NCBI RefSeq assembly: GCF_009914755.1
Contig: NC_060930.1
Reading direction: 5' to 3' (one strand)
Source: the human T2T-CHM13v2.0 reference genome, Homo sapiens
Length of the DNA stretch: 64,000 nt
The notes beneath the pieces were generated by a model. It worked only from the letters and a program-made list of their open reading frames with translations, searched no databases and was not told where the DNA came from. Position 1 is the first letter of the stretch. The number at the start of each line of letters is the position of its first letter. The position numbers and the translations under genes are program-made. Positions 1 to 19,162 of the stretch are shown piece by piece.

Positions 1-643
<643 letters not shown>

Positions 644-789
644 GAAGAGAAATTTTTGATAGTTACCATCTATGTGAACAAGAATCCTCATTCATACAAG
701 GAGACATTAAGAAGTTTTGTATTTTCAGTAATGGTTGACTCTCTGTAATTTGCACCACATTTTTTGTTAGGGCAATGAAGGAAGCTAGA

Positions 790-1126
790 TGAAATTAGTA
801 GTAGGATAGGCTAACTGCTGCAACAAATAACCCCCAAATTAGAGGATTAATAAACAAACATGTATTTCTTGATCATATTACTGTCCAATGCAGGCTGACA
901 AGGAAATGTAGCTCCATGCAGTCCTTCATGGACTCAGACTTCATCTCTCCTTTAAGTCCTTAGAGTCCTCTCTATTCACCTGCAGATGAGGAAAAGAAGG
1001 AAGATTCTGTGTAGAGTGTTTTTATGGGCTAGACCTTGAAGTGATCATATTACTGTCTCTCTCACTCCCTGGTCTGAACTTGATCACACAGCCACACTTA
1101 AATCTAAGGGAGGCTGGGCAATAATA
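790..1126. mobile_element. MLT1-type MaLR LTR, split by Tigger1 (continues at ~4099-4160)
   Basis: ataggctaactgctgcaacaaataacccccaaat... and aagggaggctggg..|..gtctatctgtgtgcccag read as one continuous MLT1-like sequence across the Tigger1. Confidence 0.6.
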
Positions 1127-4098
<2,972 letters not shown>

Positions 4099-4430
4099 TA
4101 GTCTATCTGTGTGCCCAGAAAGAAGAGAAAAACATGGATATTGGTATGCACTAAGCAATCTTGTTTTCAAAATGAGGTGAGCTGAGCTTACTTTTGGCAG
4201 CCTTATTGGGTTAGTGGGACAAAAGTCAGAGACTAGGGCCATCCAAGGATGGGAACCTATTTAACTGCCTGTATCCCCCACTTTGGATAAGGTCCTGAGT
4301 GGATTTCATCCTGAAGTCCTGAAGGACTGCACTTAGGAATTAGTGTAAAGCAGAAATAAGCCAGCCCTCTCATGGACTTTAGCCAGATTTTCAGCTGAAT
4401 ACTTAGAAAACCTCAAGCCCTGAGCTTGGA

Positions 4431-4743
4431 TTTTTTTTTTTTTCTTTTTTCTTTTTTTTTTTTTGAGATGGAGTCTCACACTGTCACCCAGGCTGGAGTA
4501 CAATGTCACGATCTCAGCTCCCTGCAACCTCCGCGCCCAGGTTCAAGCGATTCTCCTGCCTCAGCCTCCCGAGTAGCTGGGATTGCAGGCGCCTGCCGCC
4601 GCACCCGGCTAATTTTTGTATTTTTAGTAGAGATGGGGTTTCACCATCTTGGCCAGGCTGGTCTTGAACTCCTGACCTCGTGTTCCACTCGCCTCGGCCT
4701 CCCAAAGTTCTGGGATTACAGGCATGAACCACTGCGCCCAGCC
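4431..4743 (-). mobile_element. Alu (S-type)
   Basis: Poly-T followed by a full reverse dimer. Confidence 0.95.
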
Positions 4744-4769
4744 AGATTTTTTTCTATATGTATTTTTTT

Positions 4770-5270
4770 TCAAAGGTAAAATCCAGGATGTACAAAGATA
4801 ACCAGGCATATGAGGAGACAAGACATTGTGAATGAGAACAAACAAAAACAACAGACAATAAAATTAGGAACTCCAGATATTAGAAGTATGAATCTATATT
4901 TTAAACAGCTAGACTTACATATTCAAAGAACTTTTTTTAAAAAAAAGTGGGCTTGGAACTACGCTTCAGAAGGGATCTAGAGATAATAAAAAGAGACATC
5001 TCAACCTTGAAAAAGAATCAGTGGAAATTCTAGAGCTACAAAGTGCAGTAACAAAAATTAAGGGCTCAAGGGATGAGCTTAAGAGCAGATTAAACACAGC
5101 TAAGGAGAAGCACAGTGGATCAGAAAAACTATCCAAAATGAATCATGGAGAAGTAATAAAGAAATATACAAAATAAAGGATAAAAGGAGAGTATGACGTT
5201 TAACCTAGGTGCATTTAAAGTATCAGAAGGAGAAGAGAAAGGGAATGGAGCAGAGGCAATATACATATGT
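4770..5270 (+). mobile_element. Ancient L1-like (ORF1-region) fragment
   Basis: A-rich; gaaattctagag...agcagattaaacacagctaaggagaag...cagaaggagaagagaaagggaatggagcagaggcaata resembles old L1 ORF1. Confidence 0.55.
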
Positions 5271-5560
5271 AGATGTACTTGATATTGTCTGACATTTATG
5301 GAGAAAAATACTGACAACACACTAGTCATCATGCTTACATGGGGAAAAATTGCGAAAATTAAGACATGCTATAAATGGGAGCATATTGACCTGGACTGTG
5401 GTCACGGGTTTTGACTGGTTTACTTTAAAGTACAGTCACCCCTCTGTATCCATGGGTAATTGGTTCCAGGACCTTCCACAGACACCAAATCTGCAGATCC
5501 TGAAGTCCCTGATATAAAGTGGAGTAGTATTTGCATATAACCCATGCACATCCTCCCATA

Positions 5561-6104
<544 letters not shown>

Positions 6105-6527
6105 TGTATTGCTTTTTAATTTGTACTGGTTTTTATGTTATATTTTTTTCCAAATATTTTGATTGGCAGTTGGTTGGATCTGCAGATGTGGAACCCACAG
6201 ATATGGGGAGCCAACTGAATTGTTTTTCTTGTTTATCTTTCCTATTTATTATTCTCTTTTTAATTTTTGACTTTTTTGAACTTTTCTTTTTAGAAATATG
6301 CTTACCCATGAATTTATTGAAAACCAAAATGTCATTATTTTAAATTAGTCCTATTCTTATTGGATCTGATTTTTTGGGGGGAAAAAACTTCCTTCTTTGA
6401 TAAATACATTTCATTCTTCTTTCTCATGTTTTTAAAGAAAAAAGTAGTATTGCTATCTCTCGTGGCCTAAATTGAGAGAGATGTCTTTGGCAATGAATAA
6501 CCTCTCCTTGTTTGAATGACTTTTTTT

Positions 6528-6705
6528 TAATTGTAGTAAAATACCATATAACATAAAATTGACCATTTTAACTAATTTTAAGTGTACAGTTCAGTGACAT
6601 TAAGTACATTCATATTGTTGTGCAGTGATCAACACTGTCTACCTCTAGAACTTTTTCCTCATCCTAGACTGAATGTATTAAACAACAATTCCGCATTCCC
6701 CCAAT
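6528..6705 (-). mobile_element. L1MB-type 3' end fragment
   Basis: aacataaaattgaccattttaac...aagtgtacagttcagtgacattaagtacattcatattgttgtgca. Confidence 0.75.
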
Positions 6706-6888
6706 GACTGTTGTCTTGAAAGGAGAAAGATAACTCTACTGAGCTTTGTTTTCTTTATGTGAATGAGCATGTAATTGTTTTAGGGATATGAGGGGAAGGA
6801 ATAGTTGCTAATGTAATGGCAAATGCAGAACCTACTGACAAAGGTATGTAATTTGTAAAATAGCTGAATGGGCAAAATTCTGATTTTT

Positions 6889-7205
6889 CAGTTGCCCTAG
6901 GCACTTCAGTGCACTTCTGATAATGATTTTCCTTGGGCATGTAGTTATTCTGATAGAAATCACATCCATGCATAACGAGTGAGCTTAATTATACATAACT
7001 ACATACATAATATGAGGTTTTACATTTTTTTATGTATACTTTCTGGTTTACAAAAGATGAGACACTAAATCCTAACTGATCTCAAAAAAAGTAGTGTACC
7101 CTCAGAGCATGAGAGTCTTAATGTATGAGTTTTCCTTTTTACAACAAGACATGTATTTTGCCCTCCCCTCTCTCGCTTTCGGGGATTGTTTTCACTATTT
7201 GGTGA
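6889..7205 (+). repeat. Left arm of long inverted repeat
   Basis: Reverse complement of 9103-9420; about 10 substitutions and 1 indel by manual alignment. Confidence 0.95.
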
Positions 7206-7369
7206 TTCCACAGTCTCATCTGGTGCCTGCTGTGACTCCCAAGACAGACAAGTGCACAAAGGCTGATTTAGGGTCTTGGATTCCTCTTGAGAATGACATA
7301 CTCAATTCATTTGTACTGATCCCAATCATTTGAGCTCAAAATAATAAAAATAAAAGTAGCCAAGATGGT

Positions 7370-7600
7370 TTGAATACTAATGTATGCCCCAGGCACTGTG
7401 CTAAACACTTTGCATATATTACTTTGTTTAATTCTCACGATTCTGTCAGATAGGAATCAAATCCCCATTTTACAAATGGGAAAACTAAGGAACAGGAAGA
7501 TGATGTAATTTGCCAGTGGCACCCAGTTGATAAGTAGCAACTGAGGAGTCAGATCCAGGCCTTCCAGAGCCCTCACTCCCACCTTCTCTATTAACACGTG
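7370..7600 (-). mobile_element. MIR
   Basis: ccaggcactgtgctaaacacttt...ccccattttacaaatgggaaaactaagg core. Confidence 0.75.
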
Positions 7601-9102
7601 CTCCTGGTCTGTATTGGGCTCAACAGCAGGATTCTCTTGGAACAGAAGTAGGTTTAAACCAACCCCACCCCACTCCCAGAAAAACCCACAGCATGCTGGA
7701 ACCCTCCATGGCTGAGGTGAGTGGCTTGTCTCAGCTAAGGCCAGGCACGAGGTCTGGAGGTAGAGGCTTTCCAGCCAGGGAAGGAAAATGGGAAGGGCGG
7801 AGCTTGCCTCCTCCTGGCTGCCATTTGTTATCTGGTTGGTGAGAAGAGATGGGAGGAAGGGGCACTGTCAGCACATTTCCAAAGGACTCGGGTCATTCTT
7901 GGTGCTCTTTGTCTCTGGTTTTGTGCCCATTGCCTAGGTCCCATAATTGCTGCATCCTTCTTAGAACTGCTCTCTATTTAGGGAACCACTTCTCCAGAAC
8001 CTAACTCTCTGGATTTACTTGTACCTCCCCACACCTCCATGCAAATTCTTCTTTCCTGAGCATAACTGATTTCAGCTGGTTGGTAGGAGAGTGGTAGGCT
8101 TAAGTGAATGGACAAAGGTGAGAATGACTCTCCTCCTCCTCACGGTTTCCTAATTCTCCCAGGAATATCGCCATATCAACATTTCTGAAAGAAGTTTCAT
8201 GCAAAGGACTTCCCAAATGAGATAGACATTTCTGGACAGGGAGGAATATTGATGGATTCTGCCAGAAACTGAGGAGGCTCAGCCACCTGTGTCCTAGAGG
8301 TCGATCAGGGTGACCCAGGAGCTTCCAGAGGGACTTCAGAGCAGCTCCTGGGCCACTCAGTCTCTGCCTTCTCCCGACTCCAGCAGGGCCAGAAACACTC
8401 TCCCAACATTTGCTCATGGTTTGCTGCTCACAGAGTACAGTCATCCACAGGCAGCTTAAAATGAGCAGAGGTAACATTTCCTGGGAGTGTTCCTAACCCC
8501 AAAGAATGTGTTTGCAGATTGTGTTCCTAATGTTCAGGAGTTAAATTCATGTTTCAGAAACAAGCACTTTACATCTGTAGGTGGCACTTTTGTGAATAAT
8601 ATTGTGGACCTTGAGTCCCATACTCTCCTCGTATCAGGAGGCAGTGTACTGCCTCCAGTTATTCTGGAGCTCTCATCTGCTCCTGCTTATTTAAGCCCTT
8701 CAGTATTTCCTACAGAGGTTAGCAGTGTTGGACTTGAATAATTGTACCTTAAATTAAACTAAAAATAATTTCTGATGATTTTCATACTGAAGCACAGTCT
8801 TTATTTCAAAATGGTGGCATAATCTTCAGCATGCCATTATCAAATAGCTCCATTGACCAATAGTGGCAGTTTGCAGTTGAGTCACGGGAAGGGTTTATTA
8901 GGACATGTTTAAAGTGATGTCATAGAAATAAAAATATGGACAGGGACCTAAAGATTACAAACTAAGGCTGTGGCTAGAGATATTCTTTAACTCCCCACCG
9001 CACTCTTGTCTTCTCTCTTGCCCCTTTTTCACATCACTATTAAGGCAACACAGTGTATGTTATCTGTGTCCTTAGCCTACTCTGAAAACACTGCCCTTGG
9101 TT

Positions 9103-9420
9103 TCACCAAATAGTGAAAACAATCCCCAAAAGGGAGAGAGGGGAGGGCAAAATACAGTGTCTTTTTGTAAAAAGGAAAACTCATACATTAGGACTCTCAT
9201 GCTCTGAGGGTACACTACTTTTTTGGAGCTCAGTTAGGATTTAGTGTCTCATCTTTTGTAAACCGGAAAGTATATGTAAAAAAATGTAAAACCTCATATT
9301 AGGTATGTAGTTATGTATAATTAAGCTCACTCGTTATGCATGGATGTGATTTCTATCAGAATAACTACATGCCCAAGGAAAATCATTATCAGAAGTGCAC
9401 TGAAGTGCCTAGGGCAACTG
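9103..9420 (-). repeat. Right arm of long inverted repeat
   Basis: Ends ...gtgcctagggcaactg, the reverse complement of cagttgccctaggcac... at 6889. Confidence 0.95.
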
Positions 9421-9563
9421 CCTATGGGTAACTTGGTCAAGTTACCCACAGCTACCACCTAGATCACACCATGACAAGAAAGAGGTGTTTTTACACTAAA
9501 CCACTCCAAAGGCAACCAGAATTGGTTTATTTTTAAGTTTTCTTTTATTTCATTTTATCATAG

Positions 9564-9704
9564 CCACTTGGAGCCAGTGACTATTTGGAACTATCAAAGA
9601 ATTTTGATACAATATTTTTACGAAACATTCCGCAATTTACTCTGGCAAACAGGACTCAAGGTCGAAGATTCATAACTCTCATCGATAACTTTTATGATCT
9701 CAAG
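9564..9704 (+). CDS. AFG1L: AFG1-like ATPase (LACE1), third-last coding exon, phase 0/0, 47 codons
   Basis: Pyrimidine tract ...ttttatcatag| acceptor and AAG|gtaagg donor. Translates PLGASDYLELSKNFDTIFLRNIPQFTLANRTQGRRFITLIDNFYDLK, the AFG1/ZapE-family 'PLG..DY...RRFITLID..YD' segment. Missed by the ORF track. Confidence 0.96.
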
Positions 9705-9749
9705 GTAAGGATGTAGTACATTTTCTTAAAACTAAACACTTTGTATTGT

Positions 9750-9950
9750 GAAGCCAGATTGCCTGGGCTGGAAATCCTGACTTAACATACTTCTATCACT
9801 TACTGCACCTCTTTGTGCCTCCATTCCCTCATGTGTGAATTGGGGATGATAATATTATTTACTTCTGAGGGTTGTTGCGAGGACTAAAAAGGCAAATCCA
9901 TGTAAAGCATTTAAAACATTTGGCACAAGCTGAATGCTGTATAAGCACTA
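9750..9950 (+). mobile_element. MIR
   Basis: ctctttgtgcctccattccctcatgtgtgaattggggatgataat core. Confidence 0.7.
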
Positions 9951-10150
9951 TCAGTAGAAGCAGCAGTAGTACTATAGTAAAGCTCCCATCACAAGACACT
10001 CTGCTATATGAATGATTGCATCATTCTACCAGACAGCTTATGCGCTTCATCTATCACGTTCTAAAACACAATGTCTTGCATAAACTGAATGCTCAGTAAG
10101 TATTTGTTGCATGAATAAATGATTGCACTGATAGAATAATGCATGAGCAA

Positions 10151-10456
10151 GCCAGGTGTGATGGCTCATGCCTATCATCCCAGCACTTTGGGAGGCCAAG
10201 GGAGGATTGCTTGAGGCCAGGCGTTCAAGACCAGCCTGGACAACATAGCAAAATCCTAGCTCTACAAAAAATAAGAAAATTAGCTGGGTGTGGTGATGAG
10301 GGCCTGTCATCCTGCCTACTTGGGAGGCTAAGGTGGGAGGATTGCTTAAGCCCAGGAGTTCAAGGTTACAGTAGTGAGTCATGATCACCCCACTGCACTG
10401 CAGCCTTCCAGCCTGGGTGACAGAGTGAGGCCCTATCTCTCAAAAAAAAAAAAAAA
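10151..10456 (+). mobile_element. Alu (J-like)
   Basis: Forward dimer with A tail. Confidence 0.9.
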
Positions 10457-10570
10457 GAAGAAGAAGAAGAAGTAGAAGGAGGAGGAGGAGGAGGAGGAGG
10501 AGGGAGGTAGGAGGAAGGAAGAAGGAAGAAGGAAGAGAAGGAGAAGGAGGAGAAGGAGAAGGAGAAGAAA
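10457..10570. repeat. (GAA)/(GGA) purine microsatellite grown from the Alu tail
   Basis: gaagaagaag...gaggaggag...ggaagaa. Confidence 0.9.
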
Positions 10571-10729
10571 ACAAATGAGTGAATGACTAGAGGACCCTTC
10601 TGAATATTGAAGCTCTCTCTCTCCCTATGACCCAGAAACCCCAGTAGCTAGCATTATACCATCTTGTTGTTTGTTTGTTTTTAATCCGCATGTTTTAGTG
10701 TGAATTGCCAAGTCACTGCCCATTCATCA

Positions 10730-11540
10730 AAGGCAGCATGGCCTACTGGTTCAAGAGTGGGCCCTGGGGTCAGGCTGTCTATCCTAAAGGCCATCTTAAT
10801 CTCTCTGAGCTTCAACTGCCTTTTCTAGAAAAAACAGATAATAATGGTACTTATAAAGTTGTTGTATTAAACAAGCATGTAAAGCACAAAGAATGTTGTC
10901 TGGCCTATGGTACGCTCTCAGTAAAAGTGAGCTATTAGTAGAATATATCTGTAAATATAGATTCATAGCAAAAGTACAATTTGAAATTAGAGTTAATTTA
11001 AATATTATTTTACCATTAGATATACTTTTTTCTCCCTATTCTTTGCACAGAATTAGATAGACCAGTGATTCTAAATTGAAGGGGCTTTGTGGGAAGAAGA
11101 TAAGCAACAGAATCTGCTGGGAGGGAGAGGTGACAATTTAATGTTTCATTTGCTCATTCATTCTGTAAACTTCATCATGCCAAGCGCTAGAAATTCAGTG
11201 GCAAGTGAAACTAGATGGTGCTTGCCTTCAAAGAGCTTAGATAGCCTGATATCAGAGAAACGTGAATCAGATGTCCACAGAACTCGATGTAAAATCACCA
11301 CTGTGGGATGACCTGTTAGACAGAGAAGGAGGCATATGGTGCTGTGAGAGTCTAGCAGGGGAGAGTGCACTGATCTATGGGGTGGGAAATCCTCTGAGGG
11401 CCACCTATGGCAGAACCATGTGGCCTACTTAAAAATCCAGATTCCAGAGCTCACCCATTCCCACCCCAGCAAATGAGTACCAGGCATGGGGCCAGGAACT
11501 GCATGTTCTCATGTTTCTCAGGTGCTTCTTATAAACGCTG
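10730..11540. mobile_element. MIR (~10730-10940), L2 (~11150-11390) and MER5-like (~11400-11540) relics
   Basis: Degenerate MIR core; L2 cattcattc..ccttcaagagctt; MER5 ggggccaggaactgcat. Confidence 0.5.
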
Positions 11541-13507
11541 AGAAGAGTGAGGGCTAAACTCTATGCACAGAATGAAAATGGGTAACCAGCATGGGGAGTT
11601 TGCAGCAACCTCTCTGGGATGGGCCGAATGTGAAAGGCAGCAAGTGTGGCTCTGATGCAGAAGCTGAGGGAAGCCCACCTAAGGGAGTGCTATCAAAAGC
11701 TGCTGTGCATCCCCGCGGAGCCCACACACATGTGATGGGTAATCTGGAGAGGCAGAAGGCTGAGGACACAGAGCTGGGGGATGGAGGCCCATCAGCTGTG
11801 AGTGGTGGCCTTCCACAGACTCGACTCTACAGTAATGGTGGGGAGGGCAGGGGTGGAATGAAGGGCAGGGGCCTGGAGGCTGCTGTTTTTACAGGACTAG
11901 GCTTCAAGAAGAAGACAACAGAGGGGCATGAATAGGATGGCTCATAGTGGAGGATGGAGAGACTCGTTATTTTGATATTTCAGCTAGGAATGCCTTACAG
12001 AAAGCTTATGGTCCCCATCCCTCAGTCCCACCCCCTAACCCTACCTCACCCCCACCTTTTCACTTCTTAATCGAAGGAAAAAAGAATTTTTCTGGCAATA
12101 TGATAGAATATTCAAACTACCCTCCTAACATTCCCTTTAACTAAATCACACATTTAGAGATTATACTTTTTATTAAAGTGTAGTCAAAACCATTTTATTT
12201 CAAAAATTGGTAGCATTAAACAGACATTATTCTAGAATGTATTCATGGAGATTTGTGAAAGAAGGATATACCCATGTAAATAATGAAAAATTGTCTTTGA
12301 TTAAAATAACTTATAAGAGGAGGTAGAAGGCCATTTGGATATGGAAAATCTAGTGTCGAATGTCAACACATGATTTTTAAGTACTGGTGTATTATTATTT
12401 AAATAATGATTTTTAAAGATAGCTATGAATCCTGAAGACAAATTCAGGACTTTTAAAACATCAAGAAGAATATGTTTTGTATGGTGGAGCCAAGATGGCC
12501 AAATAGGGACAGCTCCAGTCTACAGCTCCCAGCATGAGCGACGCAGAAGATGAATGATTTCTGCATTTCTAACTGAGGTACTGGGTTCATCTCACTGGGG
12601 ATTGTCAGACAGTGGGTGCAGGACAGTGGGTGCAGCGCACCGAGCATGAGCTGAAGCAGGGCGAGGCATCGCCTCACCCGGGAAGCACAAGGCATCAGGG
12701 AATTCCCTTTCCTAGCGAAGGAAAGGGGTGACAGATGGCACCTGGAAAATCGGATCACTCCCACCCTAATACTGCGCTTTTCCAACGGTCTTAGCAAACG
12801 GCACACCAGGAGATTATATCCCGCGCATGGCTTGGAGGGTTCTACACCCACAGAGCCTCGCTCATTGCTAGCATAGCAGTCTGAGATCAAACTGCAAGGC
12901 GGCAGCGAGGATGGTGGAGGGGCGCCTACCACTGCCAAGGCTTGAGTAGGTAAACAAAGCGGCTGGGAAGCTCCAACTGGGTGGAGCCCACTGCAGCTCA
13001 AGGAGGCTTGCCTGTCTCAGTAGACTCCACCTCTGGGGGCAGGGCATAGCCAAAAAAAAGGCAGCAGAAACCTCTGCAGACCTAAATGTTCCTGTCTAAC
13101 AGCTTTGAAGAGAGTAGAGGTTCTTCCAGCACACAGCTTGAGATCTGAGAACGGACAGACTGTCTCCTCAAGTGGGTCCCTGACCCCCAAGTAGCCTAAC
13201 TGGGAGGCACGCCCCAGTAGGGGCAGACTGACACCTCACATGGCCGGGTACTCCTCTGAGACAAAACTTCCAGAGGAACGATCAGGCAGCAAAATTTGCT
13301 GTTCACCAGTATCTGCTGTTCTGCAGCCTCCACTGCTGATACCCAGGCAAACAGGGTCTGGAGTGGACCTCCAGCAAACTCCAACAGACCTGCAGCTGAG
13401 AGTCCTGACTGTTAGAAAGAAAACTGACAAACAGAAAGGACATCCACACCAAAACCCCATCTGTACGTCACCATCATCAAAGACCAAAGGCAGATAAAAC
13501 CACAAAG

Positions 13508-13908
13508 ACGGGGAAAAAACAGAGCAGAAAAACTCAAAATTCTAAAAATCAGAGCGCCTCTCCTCCTCCAAAGGAAGGCAGCTCCTCGCTAGCAACGGAA
13601 CAAAGATCGGGTTATCCACAAAGGGAAGCCCATCAGACTAACAGTGGATCTCTTGGCAGAAACTACAAGCCAGAAGAGAGTGGGGGCCAATATTCAACAT
13701 TCTTAAAGAAAAGAATTTTCAACCCAGAATTTCATATCCAGCCAAACTAAGCTTCATAAGTGAAGGAGAAATAAAATCCTTTACAGACAAGCAAATGCTG
13801 AGAGATTTTGTCACCACCAGGCCTGCCCTAAAAGAGCTCCTGAAGGAAGCACTAAACATGGAAAGGAACAACCGGTACCAGCCACTGCAAAAACATGTCA
13901 AATTGTAA
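13508..13908 (+). pseudogene. L1 ORF1 remnant (start codon ACG, ~0.6 kb deleted)
   Basis: ACGGGGAAAAAACAG at the ORF1 start position; joins gcaacggaacaaag|atcgggttatccac; TAA at 13906-13908. Confidence 0.88.
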
Positions 13909-13971
13909 AGACCATCGAGCCTAGGAAGAAACTGCATCCACTAACGAGCAAAATAACCAGCTAACATCATA

Positions 13972-17797
<3,826 letters not shown>

Positions 17798-18344
17798 ACA
17801 ATGAGAACACATGGACACATGAAGGGGAACTTCACACACCGGGGCTTGTTGTGGGGTGGGGGGAGGGGGGAGGGATAGCATTAGGAGATATACCTAATGT
17901 TAAATGATGAGTTAATGGGTGCAGCACACTAACATGGCACATGTATACATATGTAACAAACCTGCACGTTGTGCACATGTACCCTAAAACTTAAAGTATA
18001 ATAATAAAAAAAAGAATATGTTTTGTATTTAAACTAGTGGATATAAAAAATATAAAAGCTGTTTCCAATATATGATCACATATGAACACTCATTCAAATA
18101 CTTATGTAATCAAGAGATATTAATGTAAATCTTAGTCTTTTTGAAGAATGTCCTAGCAGGATGCTAAGATAATAAATGTAGGTTCTGGACACTCACTGGC
18201 CTAATTAGAATAGCAATGCACTGAACTTAGCAGTCTGCTGTGCAGCAAAAGCGTAACTAACCTCTTTACAGTGTCCCTGGGGAGCGTCTTAGGTGCACAG
18301 ACCAGCTCCAAACAGCCAGGTATAAATGTCAACATCACAGTGTA

Positions 18345-18720
18345 ATCATCTTAGTCAGTATGTGGTGCTATAACAAAATACCATGGTCTGGGTAATTTAT
18401 AAATAATAGGAATTTATTTCTTCCAGTTCTGTGAGGTCTGAGATCAAGGAGCCAGCAGGTTTGGGTGTTTGGTGAGGGCTACTATCTGCTTTGTTGCCAC
18501 CAGAGGGCACAAATGTTGTTCTCGCATGGTGGAAGGAATGGAAGGCAAAAAGTGGTGAACTCCCTCCATCAAATCCTGTATAAAGGCACCGAATCCCATG
18601 CATGAAGGCAGAGCCTCATGACTCAATCATATCCTAGAGGCCACACCTCTTAATCCTGTTGCATTGTGGAGTAAGTTTCAGCATGAATTTTGGATGGGAC
18701 AAAAACATTCAAACCAGAGC
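18345..18720. mobile_element. MST/MLT1A-type MaLR solo LTR
   Basis: tcttagtc...gctataacaaaatacc...ctgggtaatttat...catgaattttgg...aaacattcaaacc. Confidence 0.8.
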
Positions 18721-19048
18721 AGTAATGGCAAAAGCATTGGACTAAGAACTGAAGATCTGGGCTGACATCTTGAGCTGAGTCCTCTCCAGCCCTGAAGTCT
18801 CCCAATAAACCTTTGTGCCCTACTTCACAGGGTGGTATGAGTTGTGTGGAAATATTCTGAAAAGTACTATGCAGTTTTAAAACACTGCTTTAAAGAGATA
18901 AACAATTAGGGAAAAAAAATGGACGTCTTAAAAGCAAAGATCCAAGCTCCTGTATGTGAAAAACAGACTTTTATTTTGTGAGATTTTTCTTACCTTCAAC
19001 TTGTGAAATGTAAAGAGTGACACATTTACCCATTTTCTTCTATTTCAG

Positions 19049-19162
19049 GTGCGTATAATTTGCTCTGCGTCGACTCCTATATCAAGCTTATTTTTGCATC
19101 AACATCATGACAGTGAGTTGGAGCAAAGCAGAATACTGATGGATGATTTGGGGCTGAGCCAG
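19049..19162 (+). CDS. AFG1L: AFG1L penultimate coding exon, phase 0/0, 38 codons
   Basis: ttttcttctatttcag| acceptor and CAG|gtaggc donor. Translates VRIICSASTPISSLFLHQHHDSELEQSRILMDDLGLSQ, in frame with both neighbouring exons. Confidence 0.95.

Noticed and set aside
6889-9420. Inverted repeat interpreted as the TIRs of a DNA transposon
   Set aside because: No TSD, no transposase remnant, an old MIR in the spacer, and arm identity too high for human DNA transposons that have long been extinct. A local inverted duplication fits better.
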